Notes under the pieces: model-generated
What the model saw: only the letters and a program-made list of their open reading frames with translations
What the model was told of the DNA's origin: nothing
The model's database searches: none
Translations under genes and position numbers: made by a program
Assembly: GCA_043228905.1 (NCBI GenBank)
Contig: JBHGNT010000011.1
Location: 12,958,001-13,022,000, forward strand
Length of the DNA: 64,000 nt
Direction: 5' to 3'
Origin: Azolla caroliniana
Taxonomy: Eukaryota; Plantae; Polypodiophyta
Part shown: positions 12,742 through 22,634 of the stretch, piece by piece
How positions within the stretch are numbered: the first letter of the stretch is position 1
Layout of the letters: each line of letters begins with the position of its first letter

Positions 12742-13609
12742 AGCATCAACTCTTCTTCACTTGCCACGATTGCCGTCGATCCCTTCCGGTCTGGCCCCCT
12801 CCAGTCTTTACCGTTCCGGTCCGGTGTCCGCTTCGAATCGGTACCGTCGGTTTCCTTGTCTTTCCGGAAATGCCGACAGTTCTTCTGGAAGTGTCCCAGC
12901 TTGCCGCAATAGAAGCAAGTAGGCTTCCCCCTTGACTTTGACCGTGTCCCCGACTTTTCCCGGTTCTGGGGACTACGGTTTCTATGTCTTCTGCCTTCCG
13001 ATTCGGTAAGGAGCGCTTTGGTGTCAGAGCTCGTATCCTTATCTTTCCAACACGCCACCTCATCTAGCAAGCTCGACTTCACTCTTGCTAGGGATAACCG
13101 TTTCCCTTCCGGCCCAGCGTTGCCCAAGGTGACAACCAACGTCTCCCAACTATCCGGGAGGGAACCGAGCAGGAGTAGCGCTAGTACCTCATCGGCGAGA
13201 GGTACTTCCAATGATGTTGCCTGGTGTATCAGCCCCTGGAAGGCATTCATGTGCTCCGCCATGCTGGAGCCATCTTGGTACCAGAGTCTTACTAGCTTCC
13301 GGAATACCGAAACTTGATTAACAACATTTTTGTTTCGAAACATAATGCCGATCTTCTCCCAGAGCTCATGAGCCTTGCTCTCTTCATTGAAGTTGTTGTA
13401 TAGGCTCATGTCGATGTACGCCGTATGTACGCCGTTGTCTTCATGTGCATCACCTCCCATATCGTGGCGTCGATTTTGTTCGGTCTCTTGTCCTGGAACT
13501 GAACCGGCAACCAAAGATCTTTAACCACGAGCATGTCCCTCATCTTCGACTTCCACACCGAATAGTTGGAGCCGGTGAGCTTGAACATGCCTCCCAACGA
13601 ATCATCCAT
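12742..13609 (-). pseudogene. gag: Copia B gag with CCHC zinc knuckle, frameshifted
   Basis: MDDSLGGMFKLTGSNYSVWK...LLGSLPDSWE...CFYCGKLGHFQKNC. Confidence 0.9.
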
Positions 13610-13639
13610 TTTCTGTGTCGTTTCGCTTTGATACCACTT

Positions 13640-14311
13640 TGACAGGAACACACGCTCCCGATGAACAACGCTCGGCCACAACCGAGCTTAGAATCATAAA
13701 TCACAAAAAAACGGGGAAAGAAGGCACGACACAGTGAGGAGAAAAATTACACAGGATGTTTACGTGGAAAACCCAAATACGGGTAAAACCACAGCAGCCC
13801 ACAGACTGCAAACAATCACTATGTCAAAATGTACAAAAATGGTAAAGCACCGAGGCAACGACCTCGAGCTTTCTATCTTTGCCACAGGTGGCGGTTACAA
13901 TAGAGGCAACAACCTCTTCCTCTCTCTCACTCTCTGTGTACACAGTTGCGCGCTCTAATCTTGCGCCAACAATAAGAACAACCTCACACAGATTAAGTTT
14001 GCCCTAAGTCATATTTATACTAATATGACTTTTCGGCTATTTACAAATATAGCCCGGATGGTCTCTGAGGAAACATATTTACGTATATGTCCCTTTATCC
14101 GGTGAGCACTCTTCACCGGGCCTGCATCATCCGGCGCTAGCTGGGTACTCCTCATCCGGTTCTAACCAGGTCTTCATCATACGGTTCTTTGTAGCTGGGT
14201 ACTCGTCATCCGGTTCTCACCGGGTCTGCACCATCTGGCTCTCCATAGCCGGGTACTCTTCATCCGGTTCTCACCGGGTCTTCACCATCCGGAGGGACCT
14301 GTTTCCTAACA
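13640..14311 (-). repeat. 5' LTR of B
   Basis: Adjacent to PBS (GCTTTGATACCA on +); 672 bp versus 822 bp for the 3' LTR. Confidence 0.9.
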
Positions 14312-17298
14312 TGTAGTTCGGTCCAGCCATAGTGCGTAAGGAAGGAGCTGCGACCAATTACCGACCTCCCCTCTGCATGCACGTACCAACGCCTTTACAA
14401 TCGGCCCATGCCCACGTTCTACCTTCCCGTTCGCTTCCGGATTGTACGCCGTAGTGAGGGAGAGTTTGACCCCTAGCCGGTCGAACAACTCCTCAGCTTC
14501 CTGCGCATCCAGCTCTCCCCGGTCCGCCACGATCCTCCCGACGCACCCGTACCGACACACTACCTCTTCGATCAGGAACCGGCATACCGCCGCGGTTTTC
14601 TTGTTCTACAGTGCATGACCTTCCACCGCATCTACCCTACTGCCATCAACATCGTCACCAAGTCCACCATCCACTTGAAATGGACCGTAGGCGTGTAGGT
14701 CGGGTGTAGCTCGTCCCGATGTCGGACTACGGAGTGCATCTGACAGCTTTCGCAAGTCGTTACGAGCCGATGCACGTCCCGGTACAGCCCCAACCACCCG
14801 TACTTCTCCTTCAACTTCTCAAATGTGGCTCACGTTCCGCGGTGCCCGGCCTAGGGACTCTCGTGAAATGCCGCCAGTAATTCCTCTTGTTCTTCTTTCT
14901 TTGCCACTACTCGGAGCGGGATGCCATTTCTTTTCTTTGGGTGCCTCCATATGCGCCCGTCTAGTAGGAAGAATCGGTACGCCTTCTTCCGTACCCGGCT
15001 CCCCTCTTCTCTCGTCCACACTGCGTCCAACGTCATCGCCCGTAGGAACCTCCCGATTTGGAGCCACTCCCCGTCATACCTGCTTTCGTCGAATTCGTTA
15101 AGCGTCGGAGTGTCCCCTTTCTTCGTCGTCATGTTAGCCGAACCGAAGAAGTCCTCACCGACTTCTTCGTCATCTGAAACCATGCCATCTTCTTCGTTGA
15201 ACCTCGCTCTCGAAAGCATGTCGGCCATGGCGTTATCCTTTCCGGAGATGTGCCATATCTCCGGGTTCAGGGACTTTATGTATGCTATCCACCGGAGCAT
15301 TGCTAGGTCCGGCATCGCGCATCCGGAAACCATGCTGAGTATCGGCAAGCAGTCTGTCTCGATTATTACCTCCATCCCGATCAGGTAGTCCCTGTCGGCC
15401 TTGACTGCCGAAACGATACCCCATAGTTCGCGCTTGACTTGGGCATATCCTCGTTGCCGCTCGCTCAATACCTTCGCCCCGAACCGGATCAGGAACCGTG
15501 CGTCGTCCTCGTCCTCCTGGTTGATCACCCACCCGATCCCGGTCGGGCTCGTGTCCACCGTCATGTAGATGGGGACTCCCTTTCCGTAAACCGCTTTACG
15601 GAGAGCTGGCGCTACCGTAAGCGCCTCCTTTAGTCTCCAGACCGACTTTGTGTGCTCCGTCCTCCACTCAAAGTTATGCCCCCCTTTCAATTGTCTGTAG
15701 AGGGGTTCCGCGACATGTGCGTAGTGCGGGATCCAGATGTGGTAGAACGCGCATGTACCCAAGAATCTGCGGACCTCCGTAACCGACCCGCAATCGTTCC
15801 TCATCGCGGAGATGGCCTCTACCTTTGCCGGAGACGGTTTCCTACCGTAAGGCCCGCATAGGTGTCCGACCACCAGGATCTCCGACTTCCCGAACGCTGA
15901 TTTTTCTCCGGAGAAGGTGAGTCGTGCGCTCTCGAGCCTCTGCAGCACTTTCTCGCAGTCGTTAATGTGGTTCATGACGAACCTCCGGCATCCGTCTGGC
16001 CCGATAGTCTCGTCCGCATCTTCCACTGGACACCCCTTTATCGGGATGTCATCCACGAATGACATGGTGATGTCCGGGATGCAATCCCTGAGCACCTTGT
16101 TCATTGTGTTCACCATATTCGCCACCAAATTCGTCCCGCCTTGTGGTAGGCTACACATCCGTACTAGGCCGAGAGGAGTTCGCATCGTCGTGATATCCCT
16201 GCTCTCCACGGCTAGCTGGAACTGGTCATACCCCGAGTATAAGTCACCGACCGAATAGATCGACCTTCCAGCGAAGGCCTCCGCGAACTCGTCTACAGTC
16301 GGTCCGATTCCTGCATTACGGATGGTCACCTTGTTGACCGGTTGCAGGTCCTGAATGAAGCGCAACGTGCCGTTCTTCTTCGGCACCGTAAACCACCGAC
16401 TCGAATATGGGGCACTCGACGGTTCAAGGATGCCCATCTCCACCTTTTGCTTCAGAAGCTCCATCAACTTTGGGATGTGAGCTCTCGGCACCGGAATCGG
16501 TTTGAGATCACCATCGGTTCGACGATCGTCGGGTCCACGCACCCGATCTCGTCCCGCGAGAACGTGAAGGCTTTCCCATGCCTTCCGAGCATTCTCCGAA
16601 ACTTGTCCTCCTCCGCCGACAGTAGTGTTGAAAAAAAACCGTGCTCGGCCACAACCGAGGAATAGGATCAACTCACAGAAAACAGGAAATACACAATGCA
16701 CGAAGGCAATAGAGAGAAGAGTGCACAGGATGTTTTACGTGGAAAACCCTAAATGGGAAAAAACCACGGGAGTCCTCAAAACTCCAACTGAAACTATGAA
16801 CAGAGATGTACAATGGTGAAGCTACAAGGCAACAACCTTGAGCTCACTGTCTTAGCCACAGGCGGCGGTAATACACAGAGGCAACGACCTCTTCGTCTCT
16901 CTCTCTCTCTCTCGGCTGCTCTCTTCACTCTCTCTCGGTGAAAACAGAACACATGAGCAGCAACATAAAACTGTTTGCCCTAAGTCATATTTATACACAT
17001 ATGACTTTCCGGCTATTTACAAATATAGCCACAAGGGCCCTTGGCAAACATATTCACAAATATGTCCCCGCATCCGGATCTCTCTCCGGGTACATACATC
17101 ATCCGGCTCCGTAGCCGGGTCTTCGTCATCCGGCTCCGTAGCCGGGTACTCTTCATCCGGCTTCATGCCGGGTACTCTTCATCCGGCTTCATGCCGGGTA
17201 CTCTTCATCCTCCGGTTCCGTAACCGCAACCGGGCTTGCCGTCATTCATCTCCGGACATCCCATCCGGAGGGACCGTAAATCCCAACAAACTCCCCCT

Positions 17299-20200
17299 TC
17301 ACTTCGGCATGGGATGTCTCTCCAATCCGATCCTCTTCCGGCATGCTTCCAGCTTGTCGGGTGTAAGTACTTTAGTCAGCATATCCGACCCGTTCTCGTC
17401 CGTGTGGATCTTCGTAAGCACGAACTCCTTGTCTTCTATCCTTTCCCGGATCCAGTGATATCTTCGCTGGATGTGCTTCGTCCGGGAGTGATAGGCCGCG
17501 TTCTTCGCAAGGTGGATGGCACTCTGACTGTCGCAGTAGAGTCGGTACTCCTCCTGCCGGATACCGAGCTCTCTAATGAAGTCCTTCATCCATATTATTT
17601 CCTTGCCGGCTTCAACAGCCGCCATGTACTCCGCCTCCGTGGTTGACAGTGCAACCGTCTTCTGCAGCCTCGACTGCCATGAAACAGCTCCCCCTGCATA
17701 CGTCATCACATACCCTGATGTGGACGGGCTGGTGTCTGCATCAGCCGACATATCCGAATCGGTAAATCCATCGAGTTCGGGCTTACCGGAGCCGAATCGG
17801 AGGCACAGGTTTGCTGTGCCCTTCAGGTAGCGGAGTATCCATTTGACCGCGTTCCAATGCTCTTTGCCGGGATTGCTCATGTACCGGCTCACCACTCCGA
17901 CTGCATATCCGATGTCCGGTCTCGTACACACCATGGCGTACATCAAGCTCCCGACGGCTGAGGCATACGGCACTTTCATCATATCCTCCTTTTCAGCCTT
18001 TGTCTTGGGACTTTGCTTGCTGGACAGCTTGCAGTTTGCCGGGAGGGTCGATCCGACCGGTCTTGCTTCCGACATGTTGAACCGGTGAAGCACCTTCGTC
18101 ACGTACTTCTCCTGTGACAGCCACAACTGCTTCTTCTTCCGGTTCCGGATGATGTGCATCCCTAGTATTTGCCTCGCCGGACCCAGGTCCTTCATTGAGA
18201 AGGTTCGGTGAAGAGCCTTCTTCAGCATCCGTATCTTGACCTGGTCCCGTCCGACGATCAACATGTCGTCCACGTACAGGAGGAGTATTAGGAAGTCTCC
18301 TCCTTCGAACTTCTTCACAAACACGCAGTGGTCGGACTGCGTTTTGAGGTACCCTTCGTCGGTCATGAAGGAGTCGAACTTCCGGTACCATTGCCGGGGA
18401 GCCTGCTTCAGTCCGTAAAGGCTCTTCTTCAATCGGCATACCAGGTGCTCCTTCCCTTTCTTCTCGAATCCTTCCGGTTGCTGCATGTAGATCTCTTCAT
18501 CGAGGTCACCGTGAAGGAATGCCGTCTTCACGTCCATCTGTTCTACCTCGAGGTCCATGCTTGCCGCTATGCTCAGCACCATCCGGATGGAGGTCATCTT
18601 CACTACCGGGGCAAATATCTCGTCGAAGTCGACGCCCTTCTTCTGCTGAAACCCCTTCACCACGATCCTGGCTTTGTATCTCGGGGGGTTTCCGGCATCT
18701 CCCGGTTTCAGCTTGAACACCCACTTGTTACGGAGTGCCCGTTTTCCTTTCGGCAGCTCCACAAGTTCATATGTGTGGTTCTCATGCAGGGAATCCATCT
18801 CGTCCTGCATGGCACTCAACCACCTGCGGCTCTGGGTGTCATGTTTTGCTTCTTCAAAGCTCTCCGGCTCCCCCTCGTCGGTTAGCAGCACGTGCTCTGG
18901 TTCCGGAAATCTCCGGGGGGCCCTTCTCTCTCTTAGAGGATATCTCCGTTCCGGAGCTTCGGTAACCGGTTCTTCCGATTCTTCTTCATCCGAATCCATT
19001 TCGGGATCGGGGCCGGTTCCGGTATCGTTTTCATCTTCTTCGGCCGGTTCGGTTTCTTCATCGTCTTCGGCCGGATCCTCGAGTGTTAACCGGTCCCTTG
19101 CCGGTCGGGACTGCTCCTTGTAGAGTTGATCCTCACCGGTCGACTTGGAGCTCTTCACCTTCTTCTCCGACTCCCAGTCGGCGAGTGTCTTGTCCTCCAT
19201 GAAGATGATGTCTCGACTCCTGAATATCTTCTTGTCGACCGGGTCCCATACTCGGTAGCCGAACTCGTCGTCGCCGTAACCGAGGAATATGCAAGGCCGG
19301 GTCTTCGGATCTAGCTTTCCTCTCCGGTCCTTTGCCACATGCACGTATGCGAGACACCCGAACACCTTCAGATGCCGGTAGGACACTTCCTTACCGGTCC
19401 ACACTTTCTGCGGCGTGTCTCCGTCCAAAGGTACTGAGGGTGATCTATTTATCACATATGTCGCCGTCGACATCGCCTCAGCCCAAAACCCCTTGGGTAA
19501 TTTCGCATGCGCCAGCATACTCCGGACCCTCTCCATTATGGTCCGGTTCATCCTCTCGGCCAGCCCGTTCAGTTCCGGCGTCTTCGGCACAGTGAACTCG
19601 AGCCGGATTCCCTTCGAGCGACAGTACTCCTCGAACTGCCCCCGGTATTCCCCTCCGTTATCCGCTCGTATCGCTTTCAGCTTCTTGCCGGATTTTCTTT
19701 CCACTCTCGCGTGGAGTTCTTTGAAGACGGACAACACTTGGTCCTTTGTCTTCAACGGCGCCGTCCACAGCTTCCGGCTGTGGTCATCAATGAATGTCAC
19801 GAAGTACTGGGCTCCGCCATGTGACTTCGTTTCTACTTGACACACATCAGTGTGCACCAACTCCAATGGTGCTCTACGTCTCGTCGGTGGCCTTGAGTGG
19901 AAGGAGGTTCGGTTCTGCTTACCGGCCAGACAGTCGGTGCACTTCTCCAGGTGCACATGCTTCACCGGAATAAGGTTGTCTTCTGCAAGCCTCTTCATCC
20001 CCTTCTCACTCATGTGGCACAGTCTCTTGTGCCATAGCTCACCGGCAGTGTCAGCTGCCACATTCAGCTCCTCCGGACATAGCCGGGAATTCATCAGGTA
20101 GAGTGTGTTGACCTTCCGGGCCCGAGCTACTATCAAGCTCCCCTTGCTGAACTTCATTACGCCGTTCCGGATGCTACCTGTGTAGCCTTCATCGTCTAGC

Positions 20201-21372
20201 CTCCCGGCCGAAATCAGGTTCAATCGAACCTCCGGAACGTGTCGGACATCCTTCAGCAGCATTTTGCATCCGGTTGATGTCATCAGCCACACGTCTCCTA
20301 TGCCGGCAATCCGGCATGTACCTTCATTTCCCATCCGGACACAGCCATGCTCACCGGCTGTGTAGGATGAGAAGTATTTCTTCTCCGGGGTCAGGTGGAA
20401 CGACGCTCCGGAATCGACCACCCAGGTCATCTCTTCTCCGGCAAGGTTCAGCTCCCTCTCTTCGGTAATGAGCATGATTTCTTCCTCACTTGCCGCGAGT
20501 GCCGTCGTTCCTTTCCGGTCCTGCCCTCGCCGATCCGAACCTCTCCGGTCCGTGGCTCCCCGGTATGCACCGTTTCTCTCCGGTGACTTCTTCGAATCGG
20601 TGTCGTCGCCTCCGTTGTCTTTTCGGTAATGCCGGCAATTCTTCCGGAAGTGCCCCGGCTTCCCACAGTGGAAGCATGTGGGTCTTCCTCTTGACTGCGA
20701 CCGGGTCCCCGACTTCTCCCGTCTTTGCGGACTCCGGTTCCATTGTCTTCCCCGTTCCGATTCGGTAAGCAGCGCCTTCGTGTCGGAGGCCGGTTCTTTA
20801 TCTCTCCGACGCGCTTCTTCGTTCAAAATACTTGTCTTTACCGTTTGTAGAGACAAGTTATCTTCGGTACAAGAGGTGCTGAGAGTCACCACCAAGTTCT
20901 CCCAGCTTTCCGGCAATGTACACATCAAAATGATGGCTTGCATTGCATCCTCCAGCGGGAACTTGATTGCCGCAAGCTGGTTCACGAGTCCCATGAACGT
21001 GCTTACGTGTTCCACCATGCTCTCGCCGTCCCGGTACTTGAGGTTCACTATCTTCCTCATCAGGGAGGTTCGGTTCAACGCATTCTTCCTCTCGTAGAGG
21101 CCCGACAGCTTCTTCCACATCTCATAGGCGTTCGTATCGTTCGCCACATGTTGCAGGACACTTACATCAACATATTGCCGGATCGTCGCTACGGCTTTCC
21201 GGTTCAGGAGCCTCCATTCCGTCTCAAGTACCCCCTTCGGTATTTCCGACCTGTCAATCGGTTCGTACAGGTCCCGAACAATCAGAAGATCCTCCATCTT
21301 GATCTTCCAGTCGGCGTAGTTCTGCGCATTCAGCACCATCATCCCCGGCTGCCCGCTGCTGCCGCCTTCCAT
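17299..21372 (-). CDS. gag-pol: Copia Gag-Pol polyprotein, 1357 aa (Gag, CCHC, protease, integrase, RT, RNase H)
   Basis: Uninterrupted ORF from the first ATG after the PBS; CFHCGKPGHFRKNC, VVDSGAS, HKRLCH..C..C, HTD/ADNGGE/AER, YVDD, CDSQSA. Confidence 0.97.
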   Translation of the reverse strand: MEGGSSGQPGMMVLNAQNYADWKIKMEDLLIVRDLYEPIDRSEIPKGVLETEWRLLNRKAVATIRQYVDVSVLQHVANDTNAYEMWKKLSGLYERKNALNRTSLMRKIVNLKYRDGESMVEHVSTFMGLVNQLAAIKFPLEDAMQAIILMCTLPESWENLVVTLSTSCTEDNLSLQTVKTSILNEEARRRDKEPASDTKALLTESERGRQWNRSPQRREKSGTRSQSRGRPTCFHCGKPGHFRKNCRHYRKDNGGDDTDSKKSPERNGAYRGATDRRGSDRRGQDRKGTTALAASEEEIMLITEERELNLAGEEMTWVVDSGASFHLTPEKKYFSSYTAGEHGCVRMGNEGTCRIAGIGDVWLMTSTGCKMLLKDVRHVPEVRLNLISAGRLDDEGYTGSIRNGVMKFSKGSLIVARARKVNTLYLMNSRLCPEELNVAADTAGELWHKRLCHMSEKGMKRLAEDNLIPVKHVHLEKCTDCLAGKQNRTSFHSRPPTRRRAPLELVHTDVCQVETKSHGGAQYFVTFIDDHSRKLWTAPLKTKDQVLSVFKELHARVERKSGKKLKAIRADNGGEYRGQFEEYCRSKGIRLEFTVPKTPELNGLAERMNRTIMERVRSMLAHAKLPKGFWAEAMSTATYVINRSPSVPLDGDTPQKVWTGKEVSYRHLKVFGCLAYVHVAKDRRGKLDPKTRPCIFLGYGDDEFGYRVWDPVDKKIFRSRDIIFMEDKTLADWESEKKVKSSKSTGEDQLYKEQSRPARDRLTLEDPAEDDEETEPAEEDENDTGTGPDPEMDSDEEESEEPVTEAPERRYPLRERRAPRRFPEPEHVLLTDEGEPESFEEAKHDTQSRRWLSAMQDEMDSLHENHTYELVELPKGKRALRNKWVFKLKPGDAGNPPRYKARIVVKGFQQKKGVDFDEIFAPVVKMTSIRMVLSIAASMDLEVEQMDVKTAFLHGDLDEEIYMQQPEGFEKKGKEHLVCRLKKSLYGLKQAPRQWYRKFDSFMTDEGYLKTQSDHCVFVKKFEGGDFLILLLYVDDMLIVGRDQVKIRMLKKALHRTFSMKDLGPARQILGMHIIRNRKKKQLWLSQEKYVTKVLHRFNMSEARPVGSTLPANCKLSSKQSPKTKAEKEDMMKVPYASAVGSLMYAMVCTRPDIGYAVGVVSRYMSNPGKEHWNAVKWILRYLKGTANLCLRFGSGKPELDGFTDSDMSADADTSPSTSGYVMTYAGGAVSWQSRLQKTVALSTTEAEYMAAVEAGKEIIWMKDFIRELGIRQEEYRLYCDSQSAIHLAKNAAYHSRTKHIQRRYHWIRERIEDKEFVLTKIHTDENGSDMLTKVLTPDKLEACRKRIGLERHPMPK

Positions 21373-21388
21373 TTTCTGTGTTAACCTC

Positions 21389-21400
21389 GCTCTGATACCA
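21389..21400 (-). promoter_or_regulatory. PBS (tRNA-iMet) of E
   Basis: Perfect TGGTATCAGAGC, 3 nt inside the 5' LTR boundary. Confidence 0.95.
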
Positions 21401-22634
21401 CTTTGTTGAAAAAAACCGTGCTCGGCCACAACCGAGGAATAGGATCAACTCACAGAAAACAGGAAATACACAATGCACGAAGGCAATAGAGAGAAGAGTG
21501 CACAGGATGTTTTACGTGGAAAACCCTAAATGGGAAAAAACCACGGGAGTCCTCAAAACTCCAACTGAAACTATGAACAGAGATGTACAATGGTGAAGCT
21601 ACAAGGCAACAACCTTGAGCTCACTGTCTTAGCCACAGGCGACGGTAATACACAGAGGCAACGACCTCTTCGTCTCTCTCTCTCTCTCTCGGCTGCTCTC
21701 TTCACTCTCTCTCGGTGAAAACAGAACACATGAGCAGCAACATAAAACTGTTTGCCCTAAGTCATATTTATACACATATGACTTTCCGGCTATTTACAAA
21801 TATAGCCACAAGGGCCCTTGGCAAACATATTCACAAATATGTCCCCGCATCCGGATCTCTCTCCGGGTACATACATCATCCGGCTCCGTAGCCGGGTCTT
21901 CGTCATCCGGCTCCGTAGCCGGGTACTCTTCATCCGGCTTCATGCCGGGTACTCCTCATCCGGCTTCATGCCGGGTACTCCTCATCCGGCTTCATGCCGG
22001 GTACTCTTCATCCTCCGGTTCCGTAACCGCAACCGGGCTTGCCGTCATTCATCTCCGGACATCCCATCCGGAGGGACCGTAAATCCCAACAAGTAGAAAG
22101 CCACCCCCACCGACCTTGAGCTCCCGTAGCGTTATGTTGGTGAACCGGTGCCCTATGCCAGCCGGATTCCGTAAACTTGGGTCCGACGCGACCCCTTTTA
22201 TCCACTCCTCGCTTCCCTCTGGCAAGGGTGCCGCGATTGGCCTCACCTTCCGGTCCACAGTCTTGTACTTTGTATCCACGCGGGCCGTCCGATCCGACCC
22301 GATCCTTTCCCCGAAGTCCGCGATGACTTCGTACATTCCCATCGAACTAACCGGAACGGTCCATCTTCTCTAAGGTCTTCACCGATCACCTTTCGCAACT
22401 CGCCCAAGGTGTCGTCAAGAGAGACTGCCTCCACGGCGCCGCTGATTTCTTCGTTGGGGGAGAGGACTCCGCATCCCCTGAGGCGCTCCTTCGCTTGCTT
22501 CCTCTCCCGGCCGCTGACGCCGGCTATAGTACAACCTCCGTTTTCGGAGAACCAAAACTTCCTACCTATTGTACATGTGTGGGGTTCTTCTGGTACGTCC
22601 GGACTACCGCGGCCCCACGCCTTGATAGCTCTCT

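Larger units (their letters stand above)
4876..14311 (-). mobile_element. Ty1/copia element B (decayed; unrelated flanks; contains C)
   Basis: LTRs 4876-5697 and 13640-14311; PPT 5698-5707; PBS 13625-13636; flanks CGTAC and TGTAG do not match. Confidence 0.92.
16626..22091 (-). mobile_element. Intact, young Ty1/copia element E, TSD AGTAG
   Basis: AGTAG at 16621-16625 and 22092-22096; near-identical LTRs 16626-17288 and 21404-22091; PBS 21389-21400; PPT 17289-17298; single ORF. Confidence 0.97.

Noticed and set aside
14851-16701. 616-aa ORF with an unusual N-terminus
   Set aside because: Chimera of E LTR sequence and an off-frame stretch joined to D RT by a small deletion near 16505
21373-21429. 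19-aa N-terminal extension of the E ORF in the ORF track
   Set aside because: It starts at a non-ATG codon in U5 and crosses the PBS; homologue N starts at MEGG
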